Part shown: piece after piece, positions 35,130-48,000 of the stretch
Position numbering within the stretch: position 1 is the stretch's first letter
How the letters are laid out: the number at the start of each line of letters is the position of its first letter
Assembly: GCA_040954595.2 (NCBI GenBank)
Contig: CM082595.2
Coordinates: 10,219,918-10,283,917 of the forward strand
From: Balanoglossus misakiensis
Taxonomy: Eukaryota; Animalia; Hemichordata
DNA: 64,000 nucleotides
Reading direction: 5' to 3'
The notes under the pieces: generated by a model
What the model was told of the DNA's origin: nothing
Databases searched by the model: none
Seen by the model: only the letters and a program-made list of their open reading frames with translations
Program-made: the position numbers and the translations under genes

Positions 35130-35301
35130 TTATTTATTTATTTATTCTTTAATTCAGGCCGTATGCCCATACTGTAAAAAAAACATACAAAACAAACCCA
35201 GAAACAACGCCATAAAAGAAAGACACAAAAGAAAAAAAAATCCCAAAAACTTAATGAAGAACAACCCTGCAATGCCCCCAGAAAGTAGATAAAAAGTAAC
35301 A
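35130..35301 (-). mobile_element. 5'-truncated LINE/SINE 3' tail, copy-2 specific
   Basis: (TAAA)n tail on the minus strand, TATAT target duplication, empty site at ~4773-4777. Confidence 0.6.
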
Positions 35302-36398
35302 TATATACTGCTTGTGGACATGAGTGAAAAAACTCGCCAAAATGAATAATCAGTCTCTACCATTTATTCGTTTTGGGTGAGTTTTTACTCCCATATCATA
35401 CACGCGGGATGGAAGTTGTGTATGGTTGAACGTTTATTTACTACATATACACATGTACATTAACATAAACAGTGTCTTGTATCAAACATTATTAATGGAA
35501 AAAAGGGCAGCGAGAGAGAGACTTTGTCCCTTTAATACAGAGGTGTCCTTAATAGAAATGTGCATGTAATATTCTATTCAAGCCATTACTTTTGTCTTGA
35601 ACAATCTATCCTTAAAGGGAAAATCCGGTCCAGGTAATTTCTACATAATTTGGTAGCTTTGAGGTCACTCTTTCAGAAAAAAAAATATTTGTCATGTATA
35701 AGTCATCATATTTTTTTACAAAATCGAGGGAAAGTTGGCAGAATTTCTAATATGGCATTTACTGTAATTTGAATCATGGGAAAAAAAAGCACCAGGACCA
35801 ACTTCCACCCACCTTGGTGTGGGTGATACAATTTTCCAATGGGTGTAACTGCGTGACTGCTTGGGTATCTGTTGCTAAGCAAATATTTGAAATCATACAA
35901 TCCAGATTCTAAAGTTCAAAGGACAAATATACAACTTGTTTACATGGCCATTGACAACCAATTCATCATATTGTGGTGATGTAGAACACCTTTTTTGTGG
36001 TTGTTAAAATTTTCATTACCCTAAATCGGTACTTCCGTAAAATGGTTGTAATATTTTTATTTACCACAGTCATATATCATAGTCAAAGAAAATGCCTTTT
36101 TAAAAGGTTTTATGCAAAGTTTCAATATACTGGCATAATATAATAGCATTAAAACACCCCCAGCCATGGTATACCACGAGATTTTGACCAGTTCAACTCC
36201 ATATACGCACTCGCTATCGCTCTTGCGTATATGTTGTGAACTGGTCAAAATCTCGTGGTACACCATGGCTAGGGATGTTTCATTGCTTAATTTTAGCATC
36301 GCTGGATTGAGCTCTCGTCCAATCAGAATTGTGGACGGTAGCATGATATAATATAATACAGAATTATTTACAGTCATGATTTGTATGTGTTATTACAG

Positions 36399-36578
36399 GC
36401 TAATACCAGTACTTCACTACCGATGGATCTGGACATACCAGTGCCCTCTACAGCTCAACTACAGCTCAAGTGCATCAAGTTGACTCACCAGCAGCAAGTT
36501 GATCCACAACAACAAAAACAACAACAACAACAACAGCAGAAAAGTGTTGTTTGGCACGGAGCCTTGGAATGGCAAGAG
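36399..36578 (+). pseudogene. MED25: MED25 polyQ/ACID-start exon (copy 2)
   Basis: Duplicate of 10075-10243 with a short internal duplication (CTACAGCTCAA x2); ends VWHGALEWQE|gt. Confidence 0.8.
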
Positions 36579-37859
36579 GTGTGTACAGCTCACATACAAA
36601 TAACTAATTAAAACAATTGACTGTAGGTCAATGGGGTTATTGTGGTTGGATCATGTTGGATAGTGAGCATTTTTTAGGGTGCTTCCAGATGTATCTTTGG
36701 AGGGTACACATTACACAAATTATGAGCTTGGCTGAACAACGTGTGGTAGTACCCATCAAGGAAATACACAGATTGGTCTTTCATCCAGAGGCACACAGTG
36801 TACATGCAATGCAATCATTTCCCTTTGTATGTCTTAACAAAGCAACCTTATACGACAGGAGCAGATTTAGATAAAAAATTTCATCTGGGTGATAAACTAT
36901 ATAAGTCCACTGTTACTTGGGATTTGAAACTCAATGATAATTTTGTTAGTGACATTCTCATGTTGGATGACCTACAACACTTTGTATTCATTAATTCATT
37001 GCATAAGTAGAGGTGAAATATTTAAATAATAACACATGTTAGCGAGGGCAATATCATGATCTTTTGCCTGCACAAGGGATGGTGATTGGAGTCAATTTTT
37101 TTCCCCACAGCAATCACTTGGTGCCATGTTTCAAAACTCACGCACTGTGGAGTTCCAGTTTGTGAATAACAGCCAGGAAGCATACATATCTCTCTTCAGA
37201 ATAATGTCTGGAGGATTTGTAAGTATTATCTTATAATTGCACTGTAAAATTAAAGGATCATGTCAATTGTACTGCCATGCACCTGCAACTGACACTTTAC
37301 ATATTAAAGGCCATTTTCTCAATCTCAGGGCAGAACAATGAAGACAAATAAGAAATCCTTTGTGTTAGCACGCAACTGTTGAGCAGGGCCTTTAAAGGGT
37401 CACTGTGTCTGCAATTTCTATTTTTAGCATTTTGTTCTGTATATCAACTGCACTTTCAAGTACAGTCAAACCCGTCTAACACCAAAGGGACTGAAGAAAT
37501 TGTTTGGATTGCAGGTGTCCAATTTAAAGAGGTTCAACATGTGGTTGTAGATACTCACCAACACATGTGTGTAATTAGTGAGTGGTTGCATGACATCAAT
37601 GCATGACAAAAGGTCATCACTATGTAAGACTCAGAAATAGAATTTGAATACAAATCTTATTAAACAAAAAAAAACTCTAAAATTTACATGTTATTTTAAC
37701 ACCTGTTTACTCCTATAAAAGTGATTGCATGTGTTTGTGAGTTCTCTTCAATCCAGAAGCCATTTTGTAGGCCTTAGTTGGTGCATGCAGTTCCTAGACT
37801 TAGAAATAAAGTTTGGTTGAACTCAAACGCCTCAAGTCCAGTTGACCATCTCACACTTC

Positions 37860-37923
37860 TGGCACTGGTGGGATTCAAACCAACTCCATCAAAATGACTG
37901 CAGGTGCCTAAAACCGCTTGACT
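37860..37923 (-). pseudogene. tRNA-Leu(TAG)-derived fragment (pseudo-tRNA or SINE head)
   Basis: Minus strand GGTTTTAGGCACC..GTCATTTTGATGGAGTTGGTTTGAATCCCACCAGTGCCA: anticodon loop, long variable arm, degenerate B-box; 5' half missing. Confidence 0.55.
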
Positions 37924-38152
37924 GTAGGACATAAATGCCTGACAGTGATATAACTATATTATAATGTTACATCGACAATATATAAGTTTGGGGATATTTT
38001 GTCTCAAATGATCAAATTGAGACAAATTATCCCCATCTTGTTATAAATCTGAGCCCAGGTGTCTTTGGTGTGAGATTCCAGTAGTCAAGAGTAGGCTTAT
38101 CTTGAATAATGTAATGCTTGTAAATAATTTCTAATTTCTTCTTACCTTCCAG

Positions 38153-38275
38153 ATATGAATGAATGTCACAGTGGTGGAAATGCATGTCAACACTGTTGTC
38201 AGAATACCCATGGTAGTTATCTCTGCGCTTGCAGACCAGGATTCTATCTGCTGGAAGATGGCCATGCATGTGGCG
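38153..38275 (+). pseudogene. Calcium-binding EGF exon 1 (copy 2, splice sites intact)
   Basis: cttccag|DMNECHSGGNACQHCCQNTHGSYLCACRPGFYLLEDGHACG|gtatgt, 123 bp, phase 1-1. Confidence 0.88.
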
Positions 38276-39107
38276 GTATGTAACTGTGGATTTTGGTCTC
38301 TTCTGTGGCTACATTATTTGGGGATTGTATATTGCTATGGTTACAATCAGCTAAACATTGGTCTCTTCTGTGGCTACATTGTTTGGGGATTGTATATTGC
38401 TATGGTTACAATCAGCTAAACATTGGTCTCTTCTGTGGCTACACTGTTTTTGGGGATTGCATATTGCTATGGTTACAATCAGCTAAACACACATCCTGTC
38501 TATCCATTGCACACATTTTAAAATTTGAAATCAACCGCACACTCGTACTGAACACATGTTTGTTGAAATTGTATCTTAGAATTGTTCCAATTATAATTAT
38601 GCATAATATAAACAAATTAACAAATGTGAAAACTTATCTTTGAAAATGTGTTTGCAAGGGTGAAAAAGTAATCTGTATTTTAAAAATCAGACAAAGTTTT
38701 GCTGACAGGGTACACAAGTTTCAGGGGATTTTGGAGAGAGTGTTACAATTCCTAGGAAGAGATTGCCATGGATATTGAGGACTTTGGTGTAAACACAATT
38801 AATTGATCAAGAAATATGTGGTTAAGAATATGTGTCATCAACCTCACACGACACTATAAGACTGTCTGATATATTCATGTACAAGTATTTTCACTACTTA
38901 TTTGCATAATTCATTGAAATTAACATAAATTATCAACCTATAGCTAAGTAAATTACCTCTGCAAATGAATAAATATACACTTAGAAAATTCATATAGTTT
39001 TCATCAAATTTTAAAGACATTACAAAATGCTTCTCTGAGGGTACAGTAATTTTTAACGGGTATATTCTTGATAACTCATCACCGTGAATGATCATTTCAA
39101 AACTTAA

Positions 39108-39902
39108 GATGGGACCCCTTATCTTTTTGCCCATTGCTATGGGCCTTTACAGGACATTACACTCAATTTTGATCGAAACCGTTATAAACGTCCGACAAGG
39201 GGCTTGTAACCAGTTAAAAATACGCACGATAGTGTGCACACACTCTGTCCGAGTATGGTTACGGCAGCTACCGCCCGGCCATAGGCCGCCACGCTAATAC
39301 GGCAAAGCAGCGGTCAGCGATAGCGTGCGCGTCCCGTAACCACAGTAACTGGATCGAACGCTAAAAATCCAATGTTTTGTACACAGAGATTTTGCACCGT
39401 TCACAAAAATCCCTAAGCCTTTTTTCACAGGCGACGTAGGCCAGCCAAATTTGACCTGCTTGTTGAGAACGTACTTCCGCACAGTGTGACAGATCGTTTT
39501 TTCAGTTTTCATCGTGCTAAGAAGCGATACCGGTGGAATAGTGCGTCCAAAAACACCCAAAATCGATGACTTTTTCAGGTGTGGTACGGGTATGCTGAAA
39601 TCGTAGGATACAACGATAATATTCGAAAACAAAATCCGTCACGATCTTCCCTGGTTCGAGCAACTAATGAATACGTATCAAGTTCGTTTTTTAGGTCACG
39701 GAATAAAAAGCCTTAGGCTTTTTGAAATTTGACCTAGCTAAATTGCATATCAATGGCGTCAGGGGGCGCGCGCTCACAATCGTGCAGATTTTCAACTTGT
39801 TGCCAGCCCCTTGTTAGACTCTGAAAACGGCTTAGTCCAAATCGGGGTGTAATGTCCTATATAGGCCCATAGCAACGGGCAAAAAGATACGGGGGACCCA
39901 TC
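39108..39902. mobile_element. Kolobok-like MITE, copy-2 specific
   Basis: ~55-bp TIR GATGGG(A/T)CCCC...GGACATTACAC, TTAA TSD, purine-purine termini; empty TTAA at 20679-20682. Confidence 0.8.
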
Positions 39903-40232
39903 TTAACAAGGCATATGGCTAAAGAGGATTCAGTGTTTGTGCACCTTCTATCCACAATGCTGGATCTATTGACAGTTTTCAAAGGGGTTTTTAAGACTCG
40001 TCCTTTTATTCAGCACTATTTCATTCCATTGCTTTTTTGGTTTATAGGGATTGTCTTTCAGAACTGTTTCTGTTTGTTTGGGGTTTTTAAGTGTAATTTT
40101 TATCCTTTAAGCTTTCACTTGTTTTCTAATTTTATTATTTTCTGTAGAAAATGCACTGAGATGGATGTGTATTACATTTGTTAGGAAATAAATAATAATA
40201 AATTTATTAATAATAACTATCTTTGATTTCAG

Positions 40233-40349
40233 ATGTCAATGAATATATGGAGAGAGCAGATCTTTGTGGAGGCCAGTGTGTGAATACAGCAGGCTCTTTT
40301 TATTGCACTTGTGCTGTGGAATATTGATTGGTCAATGGAGAGTGTACAG
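40233..40349 (+). pseudogene. Calcium-binding EGF exon 2 with premature stop (copy 2)
   Basis: 117-bp exon DVNEYMERADLCGGQCVNTAGSFYCTCAVEY*LVNGECT, with the same stop as copy 1. Confidence 0.85.
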
Positions 40350-42905
40350 GTAAGATCAACACAATATAGAAATAATGCACAACGCCCTGACCATTAACGT
40401 TTGTTTTTGGGCAAGGTCGAGGGGAAAGCCCAAAATTCATGGGCAAGGCTTCTGAGCCCATGAAATTTGGCTTTCCTAGAGCCCGAGCCCTACATTTATT
40501 TCCATTACATTACCAACAATCTCAAGAAAACCATCAATATTTATGAAAATGTCCCACACACAAGACTAGGGGCCCCAGAACTTGTGTTATGCAAAATGTT
40601 GTGTTCACTGAACTATTTGCTAATATTACTATTCAGATTTACGGGCATGTAAACAAACCATTACTGGGTATTTGTGGTCAGTGATGTCGTTCATCTTGAC
40701 CAATTAAAATGCAACGCACAGACCATGGTAATATAATATATGGGCAACGAAAGGTCCTATATCTGTAACTTTTGAATTTTTATTCAGTATTATGCTGGTT
40801 ATCAACCATCATTTCTTGTTCAGCTCGGTGAAGCAGGGTAAGCAATGTTGTTATTGTTTAAAAAATTGTATTCAAGCCTGGGTCTGGACTTGGATGCAAT
40901 TTGTCAATAATAACAGTGATTGGTAACTGCATGTTTTCATAACTGGCTATCTGTTAAAGAGACCATTTGCTGTGTGTACAGTACACATGCCATTGGCAGC
41001 TTATGGGTCAGCCAGTGTTTGCCTGTTAATCTCTCGTTGTGCATGTGTGTCTGTACAGTCAGATCGCATGGTACTCATTAACATATGTTAATGAGGGAAA
41101 GTACTTCATACCATGTAGCCGTTACCGTGGGCCCCGCTGAAGGGTCGCGAAATAGGCCATTTTTTTACGCGACATTATAGAGCTGATTTCAGGCGAGGAG
41201 GACTGTGTACAAAATTGAGTATAGCCAACTCAGGTTTTAAAGGATTTTCATCATTTCCACTGTGTCAACATCACTACATCCTTGCTGTGAGAAAAAGCCA
41301 TCCCTTGTGTACTTCGTGCTTATCACGGGCAAACAATTTGTTTAAAATCCCTGATTTTGATATGGTGCAAACAATTCACCAACAAACTAACACACCATTT
41401 GCCCTTACTCAAGACAGCCTGATTTGTTTGAAATGTTATAAACATTTGTTGCTTTAGCGGAAAAAGCAACGTGTAGTATTCAACAAGGCCTAATTATGTC
41501 GAGTGATATAGCACTTGCTGAAGAAATTAAAAAATATGTCACAATGCTACAAAAAGGCTGCAGCTGTGACACCGACTTGGTGAATTTTGCATGCTGGAAA
41601 ACTGTTGTCTTTTTAGGAGAAGTGCTCCTCAGAAAACACGCCATTCTATTGTTTGACGTCAGGCAATATTTCAATGATTGTTTAGACGATGAATATCAGA
41701 CTTTGCGACCCAAGGTCAAGGTACAACCAGTGGAATTCCACAGAAAACCTAATAGCTGGCTTATTCGGGAATTTCTATGTGTGTATTATCCAATTCACCT
41801 TTCTGTTGTATCAAAAGTGAGTAGAAAGTTCTCCACCTTTTTGTACCGAACGGGTTCAGATCTCACTATTGCCCTCCAAAATGCACTTGTCGAACATCCC
41901 CAGTATGTTGTGCAAGCTGAGAAACAGATAAAGAGGCTTGAAAAGCAAGTATGAGACTTGAGTAAAGTTGACGTTGACTTTTTCAAAATGCTTGATTTGG
42001 TGGCTGTGAAATTAAATGTCAGCATTTATCAGCAATCTTAAAAATTCAGTAATTACTGCAAAACAAACACTGTTGATCTGAGTACACTTGATGTTGAATA
42101 TATTGTCAGTGAGATTGACCCTGTGTTATGGAATACTATTTTTATATATAATCCCATGATATTTTTCTTTGTTTGACGTCATCGTATACGAGTGTTTTCG
42201 CAGAGCCGTGCAACTTCGAGCCGTAGGCAAGAAGTTGCTAGACTCCGCGAAAACCACGAGTATACGATGACGTTAAATAAAGAAAAATATCATGGGATTA
42301 TATATTTATCACATGAACAGTCTTCTTATTTTTCGTTAGAAGAGGTAGGATACAATATTCCAATATCCTGCTAAAATATTCGAGCGGCCTTGTAGTTTAT
42401 TTAGCGGGATTACGTTCTTTCCCCTGCGCAACGATCTGTGGCCCCAACGAGATATGCTAATTATGGAATCACTTTCATTCATAAAGTGAAATCGACTTTC
42501 AAGTTTTTACACTTTTGCGTCTTGTCTACCAATCAGATTCGCGGAGTCAGTCACATGGGCCAGAATTTTGATACATTCTGCCTGTCAATCATTGTCTCGC
42601 GCTGTGTACATGTCAACACAACATCTTAGCAATTAATCGCGTCGAGTTGCCTGCAAAGTTATGCTGCAAGTCGCAGTTTGACAGAAAAAATGACGCACTT
42701 CACTGTAAAATTTATGAAAAAATAAACACAGTTCCATTGCCATATATCCTAAAACCGTTATTGTGACAGGATATTAAAAATATTAGTCCAGGAACGATGT
42801 TCAAGGTTCAAGGTTGCGTTTGCGTCGGCCTGGCTAGTCAGCGCAGTTGTGCTTCCGCGGAAATACAAATGTCGTACAGAATCTCAGCCTTGGACCCCAG
42901 ACAAA

Positions 42906-44792
42906 TAGTGCAGGAGCTAAACCCCACATTTTGGCATAATTGTGCACTTTGGGTTAAAAGCATAAAACTTGGTACACTTATGCATTGACCCGTGGCGGCC
43001 GTTTTCTGATATGGATCCAAAATTACAGCGCCCTCTAGTGGCCAGAAAAAGACATTCATACTTAAAAATTGTGCACTTTGGGTTAAAATCATGAAATTTG
43101 GTATAATTATTCATTGACCCATGGCGGACATTTTCCAATATGGATCCCAAAAGACAGCGCCCTCTAGTGGCTAGAAACTGACATTTACACTTTTCCCCCC
43201 ATTAATGACTCTTTTTGGGCAAGTTTAACACTCAGAGACAGGAATGTGGGTTGTAAAACATGCTTGCTCCCATACATTCCTTTGAATATTATCCTAATCC
43301 TGATGTACATGCATCAGATCAATCTTGTATGTTACTAATTGAACGATTTGTTCTTCGAAATAACAACCAGTTCAATACACAAAGTCATGCAAAGGGATAA
43401 TACAACACCTCTTCTCCAGAAAGTCAAGGATTCTCGAGAATACAGGCAGCATCTAAAGAACATGTGCTGTGAGAAACCTAGCAAAGCTATATCAAACCAA
43501 CAGAATCCCAGTGGAAATCAAGTTGGACAACTCTTAGTCAAGCCCAAGAAAAGAGTCAACCTCAGGAAATCAGTGGCCAAAAGTCATGGACATGATTCTG
43601 TAGGTGCTTTAGGTCTAGTCTGACAGCAGTGGTCATTGTTACTGTGAAGGAAGATGTAATCAAGATTGATCTGATACATGTATATCAGGATTAGGATAAT
43701 ACTGTGGAATACTTTATTATCGCTGGAATATATTTTTCGCGCAATGGATAAAATCGATACGTCGGCGCGACTTTATTTTCGCGCTGATCGCTTTACATTG
43801 TCATCAGCCAAGGCGCTGTACGCTAATTTAAATTAGACGTTGACAAAGCTAAGTCGTCAAACACAAACATCACAGACTGCCGTTAGGTGACAAACAATGC
43901 GTTTTGGGTGTCAATCAAGTCGGCAAACATTTGATTTTATTGTTTTTAACCAGTTTTAGTTATGGTGTTAATTACAAGGTGTCGGTAATGACTGTCGGCA
44001 TGTGAGTGCGTTAGTGCGTGTTCCGTGTCAGATTGACATCGACAAAGCTAAGTCGTCAAACACAAACATCACAGGCTGCTGTTAGGTGACAAACAATGCG
44101 TTTTGGGTGTCAATCGAGTCGGCAAACATTTGATTTTATTGTTTTTAACCAGTTTTAGTTATGGTGTCAATTACTAGGTGTCGATAATGACTGTCGGCAT
44201 GTGAGTGCGTGAGCGTGAGTGCGTGTTCCGTGTCAGATTGTTTTCCATAGACGTAACATGCAAGTAATCAGTGGTCAAAGGTCACTGCGTCAGTCGATCT
44301 AGCTCATTAATATTCATGTCTATTGTGTTCAAAACATACCGCTGGAACAAATTTTCGCGCAAAAATTACCTCCGCGAAAGCAGCCAAAATAAATTCCACG
44401 CGAACAAAAAGTATTCCACAGTATACACATGAATGTATGGTAGCAAGCATGTTTTACAACCCACATTCCTGTTTCAGAGTGTTACAAATGACCAAAAAGT
44501 GCCATTAATGGGGGGAAAGTGTGAATGTCAGTTTCTGGCCACAAGAGGGCGCTGTCATTTTGGATCCATATCAGAAAATGGCCGCCATGGGTCAATGCAT
44601 AAGTGTACCAAGTTTCAGGCTTTTAACCTGAAGTGCACGTTTTTTAAGTATGAATGTCTGTTTCTGGCCACTAGAGGGCGCTGTCATTTTGGATCCATAT
44701 CAGAAAATGGCCGCCATGGGTCAATGCATAAGTGTACCAAGTTTCATGCTTTTAACCCAAAGTGCACGATTTTTTTGTTAACTGCCCCACTA
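42906..44792. mobile_element. Non-autonomous Academ-like element with ~400-bp TIRs
   Basis: TAGTG...CACTA termini, AAA 3-bp TSD, TIRs with repeated CAGCGCCCTCTAGTGG and GCACTTTGGGTTAAAA motifs. Confidence 0.7.
43702..44421. mobile_element. TA-flanked MITE (Tc1/mariner-like) with an internal ~200-bp tandem duplication
   Basis: TA-CTGTGGAATACTTT...AAAGTATTCCACAG-TA; splits the right TIR of the host element; repeats start at ~43842 and 44041. Confidence 0.75.
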
Positions 44793-47376
44793 AAATGTTT
44801 TCGATTCTCAAACAAATGAATTGCGATGTTTTTTCCACGTCTTATACTTATCGTTGACCAGTGGACAGAATACAGAGTGTTAGTCATCCCGCTCAGCTGG
44901 AACAAAACCATTCTCGTAACTTCCGTAAGCCTAAAATCAAGACAATGTGCTGGCTCGCTCGGGACCAGGCCCGCTAGCTGCAAGCACACATTCATGATCG
45001 TAGCGTTGACGTTTCAAATTCTACCTTTCTCGTATTGATTTTACCCAGCGATATTCTTACGGAACCGTCATGGAACCGTCAGTTTTATATGACTTATGTA
45101 CAACTACGGGTTCATCCACTTGTTTATTCCATTTCACAAGAAAGTTACAGCGACGGGCGAATCAGTGTAAATAGTTCCGGTTGATGACGTAGAACAGGAG
45201 TAAATTCGGATTTTTTATTCGACCTGTTCTACGTCACACAAGCGGCTATACGGGCCAGTTCATGTGATAAAACGTTGAACAACAGTGAATGCAGTAAATT
45301 AAAAAGCCCCAACTTTGAATGGAATAAACACTACTATGGATTTTATGACCAGCACTCTATGGAGAGTAGAGCACGATTCCTCAGGCGTTTGTTTTGTGTG
45401 TATGCTATTGTTCACTTGTTCTGATCATTGTACTTACCCATTGCATACTTACCTGGCTGATATTGTTGAAGGTTATAGTAGGTCATCTACTCTAGTGAAA
45501 ATTCTAAATTGATTTGGTATTATTTGTTCTGGAGATACATTGCATAGATACATGTTGGGAGTTATCAACAAAAGAACATCAGCTGATTTCACAGAGGAAA
45601 ATATTGCAAATAATGCATTTTGTATAACTTCCATTGACAATATTGATAAATCAGCTAAATATGCAGCTGCTAGAGCTGATCCAAAGGACAGAGGTTTCCA
45701 CGGTACCTCTTATCAAATGGTCCAACCAAAACCAAAGTCAATTTTGAACAGTGTTGATGATATTGTTTTTGGCAGTCATGACAAACATTCAACTGTCAAA
45801 GATTTTAAGCTAATCAACATATATGGTGGTGGAAGGTGCTTTTTCAGGAGCATCTCTGTGAGAAATGATATTGCATTGCAAAATTGCGATCATCTACCTA
45901 GTGGACTCCCTTCTGACCCAATTTTAGCTGACCGAGAGAAAATATTCGCAGACAAGTTAAGAGCAGATACAGTAGACATAATGCGTGCCAATCATATATA
46001 CTTTGAAGGAATGGATGATGCACAACTTGATGTCCTGTTAGACGGCACTCGTTATATGGACATTTTGCACAGGACACAATGTATGGAAAAGGCAGATTAA
46101 TATGCTGGTATGCCAGAAATGTTATCTTTAGTGTATGTTGCAAAATGTCCATTACATATATACACCAAGCAGAATGATATATTTGCAAGAGGTGATGGTG
46201 ATGTGTTCTCCAAGACTGAGCCTGTCTGTCTCTTGTACACACCAGACAGGCCAGGTCAACCAGGCCATTATGATTTGCTTCTTAACAGGCAGTTAATTAA
46301 AAGTAAAGATAGTCTGGTGAGTGAAAATGCACAGAATTCATTTGAACGGTGGCAAGAATTAAACAGTGGCTTTTGTTCACAAAATACAGTAGACTCTGAA
46401 ATGAATGAAATTTTTGGCAATTTGTGGAAATAATACTAAAATCATGGTTGACAGATCTATCTAAAAAAATACTGGTACAGGTTTGATTGCAAAAGCCCGT
46501 ACATTTACGGAGAAAAAAATCCAATGATACTGTTCATGATGATGTAGTATTTAAACCACCTCTACTGAGACAACATCAACCACGGTCATCAATTTCGCTG
46601 TCAGATTTTGACATTAAACAAGAAGAAGCCATTGCTTGGTCAGAACTGTTTTCTGACAATTCATTTTTGCTCTACAGAAAAATGCAATGCACAGAGCTGA
46701 TATAGAAACAGTTTTTGGGGATTTTAAATCAACATTAGCAACAAATGCTAACAGTAATGAAAGTGAATGCTCAAATGTCATTTATTTGGGCATAGCAAGT
46801 GAACACGCAGACACCATTGAAACTGTCCATAACATTATCAATAAGCTGTATATGTTACATTCAGAGTTGGTGTAAGAATAAAATACCTGGTTGTGGTTGG
46901 TGATGGGAAAACTTCCCATCACCTGATAAAGTTAAAAGACATGTATGGTGCAAATTTAGACTGGTTGCAGCCTTTTATCAGAGACTGGCACACTCTAAAA
47001 AATTACCAACCAGTCATCATGAAAATATTCTGGGATGCTGGCCTAAAACATCTGGCAGGGTTCAATCATAAAGGGGGAACTTTGGAAACCCTAGTACAGT
47101 GTACAAATTTCAAGCTAACTCATCGCTTCCTAACACAAATTTGGGAAAGTATGTTTAGATGTGTTGTCAATTCCTTTTTGAATAAGAGGGGTGAAACCCA
47201 TAATACCCAGCACTGTCCCTTAAATACAGAAACAGTCCAAAAATAATTACTAGAAGCTGTCACAAAATCTTTGGAATGTACTGAAGATAAAGCTGATCAT
47301 ATTGACAAAATTAATGGTGACCTTAAGGCTCAACTTACTCGCTTGCAAGAGGAATTTCAGATTTTTTGTGACAGAA

Positions 47377-48000
47377 CACAGTACGATATTTTACCCACAA
47401 TTCTCCATGATTTGTATCATCGAAGGTTGCCCATTTAATAACTTTTTCTGTTTTAGACACTAACAATGATATGAAGTACATATAAATCTATTTATGTTTA
47501 TCTAGGAAAAGTACGTTGAGGAATTAGAGTGAAATTCCAAAATCAAAATTTAAAAGCATTAAGAATCAAAGTATTCATGTACTGCAAATGCCACACTTCG
47601 GAGGAAACAAGCAATGAGGAAACAAGCAATGATTGACTGAGGTGGCCAGTCTCTGTTGAAAGTTAACATGTAAATTTCCATTGTTCTGTCAAAAGAAAAT
47701 ATCAATATCTTTTTGTTTGATTAAACAGGTGTTTCAAGTGTCCCTGTTTTACTCCAAACTTTTTGGTATGGCTGGCTATGCAATTGCTTGATTATTTTAT
47801 AAAATTCGTATCTTCTCTCTCAATAATACATAATTTTCTAAATCATTTGAAATGGTAATTGACAATAAGATTCACCTTAAAAGTAAGATCTCAAAATTTC
47901 TATTAGTGGTCTACAATTCTCTCTACACTTTGCCTGGTTTGACTGAGTAATCTCTAATTGTACAAATCAGAATGAATTATGGGATATTTCACGTACTGTG
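47377..48000. mobile_element. Transib-like MITE (copy 2)
   Basis: CACAGTACG...CGTACTGTG termini with CAGAA TSD. Confidence 0.8.

Larger units (their letters stand above)
42144..45271 (+). mobile_element. Hairpin-headed (Crypton-like) element, family 3, complete copy with nested insertions
   Basis: 5' hairpin, then TTATCACATGAAC matched by the terminal GTTCATGTGATAA at 45258-45270; no TSD. Confidence 0.65.

Noticed and set aside
37860-37923. Functional tRNA-Leu gene
   Set aside because: The 5' acceptor strand and D-arm are missing and the B-box is mutated
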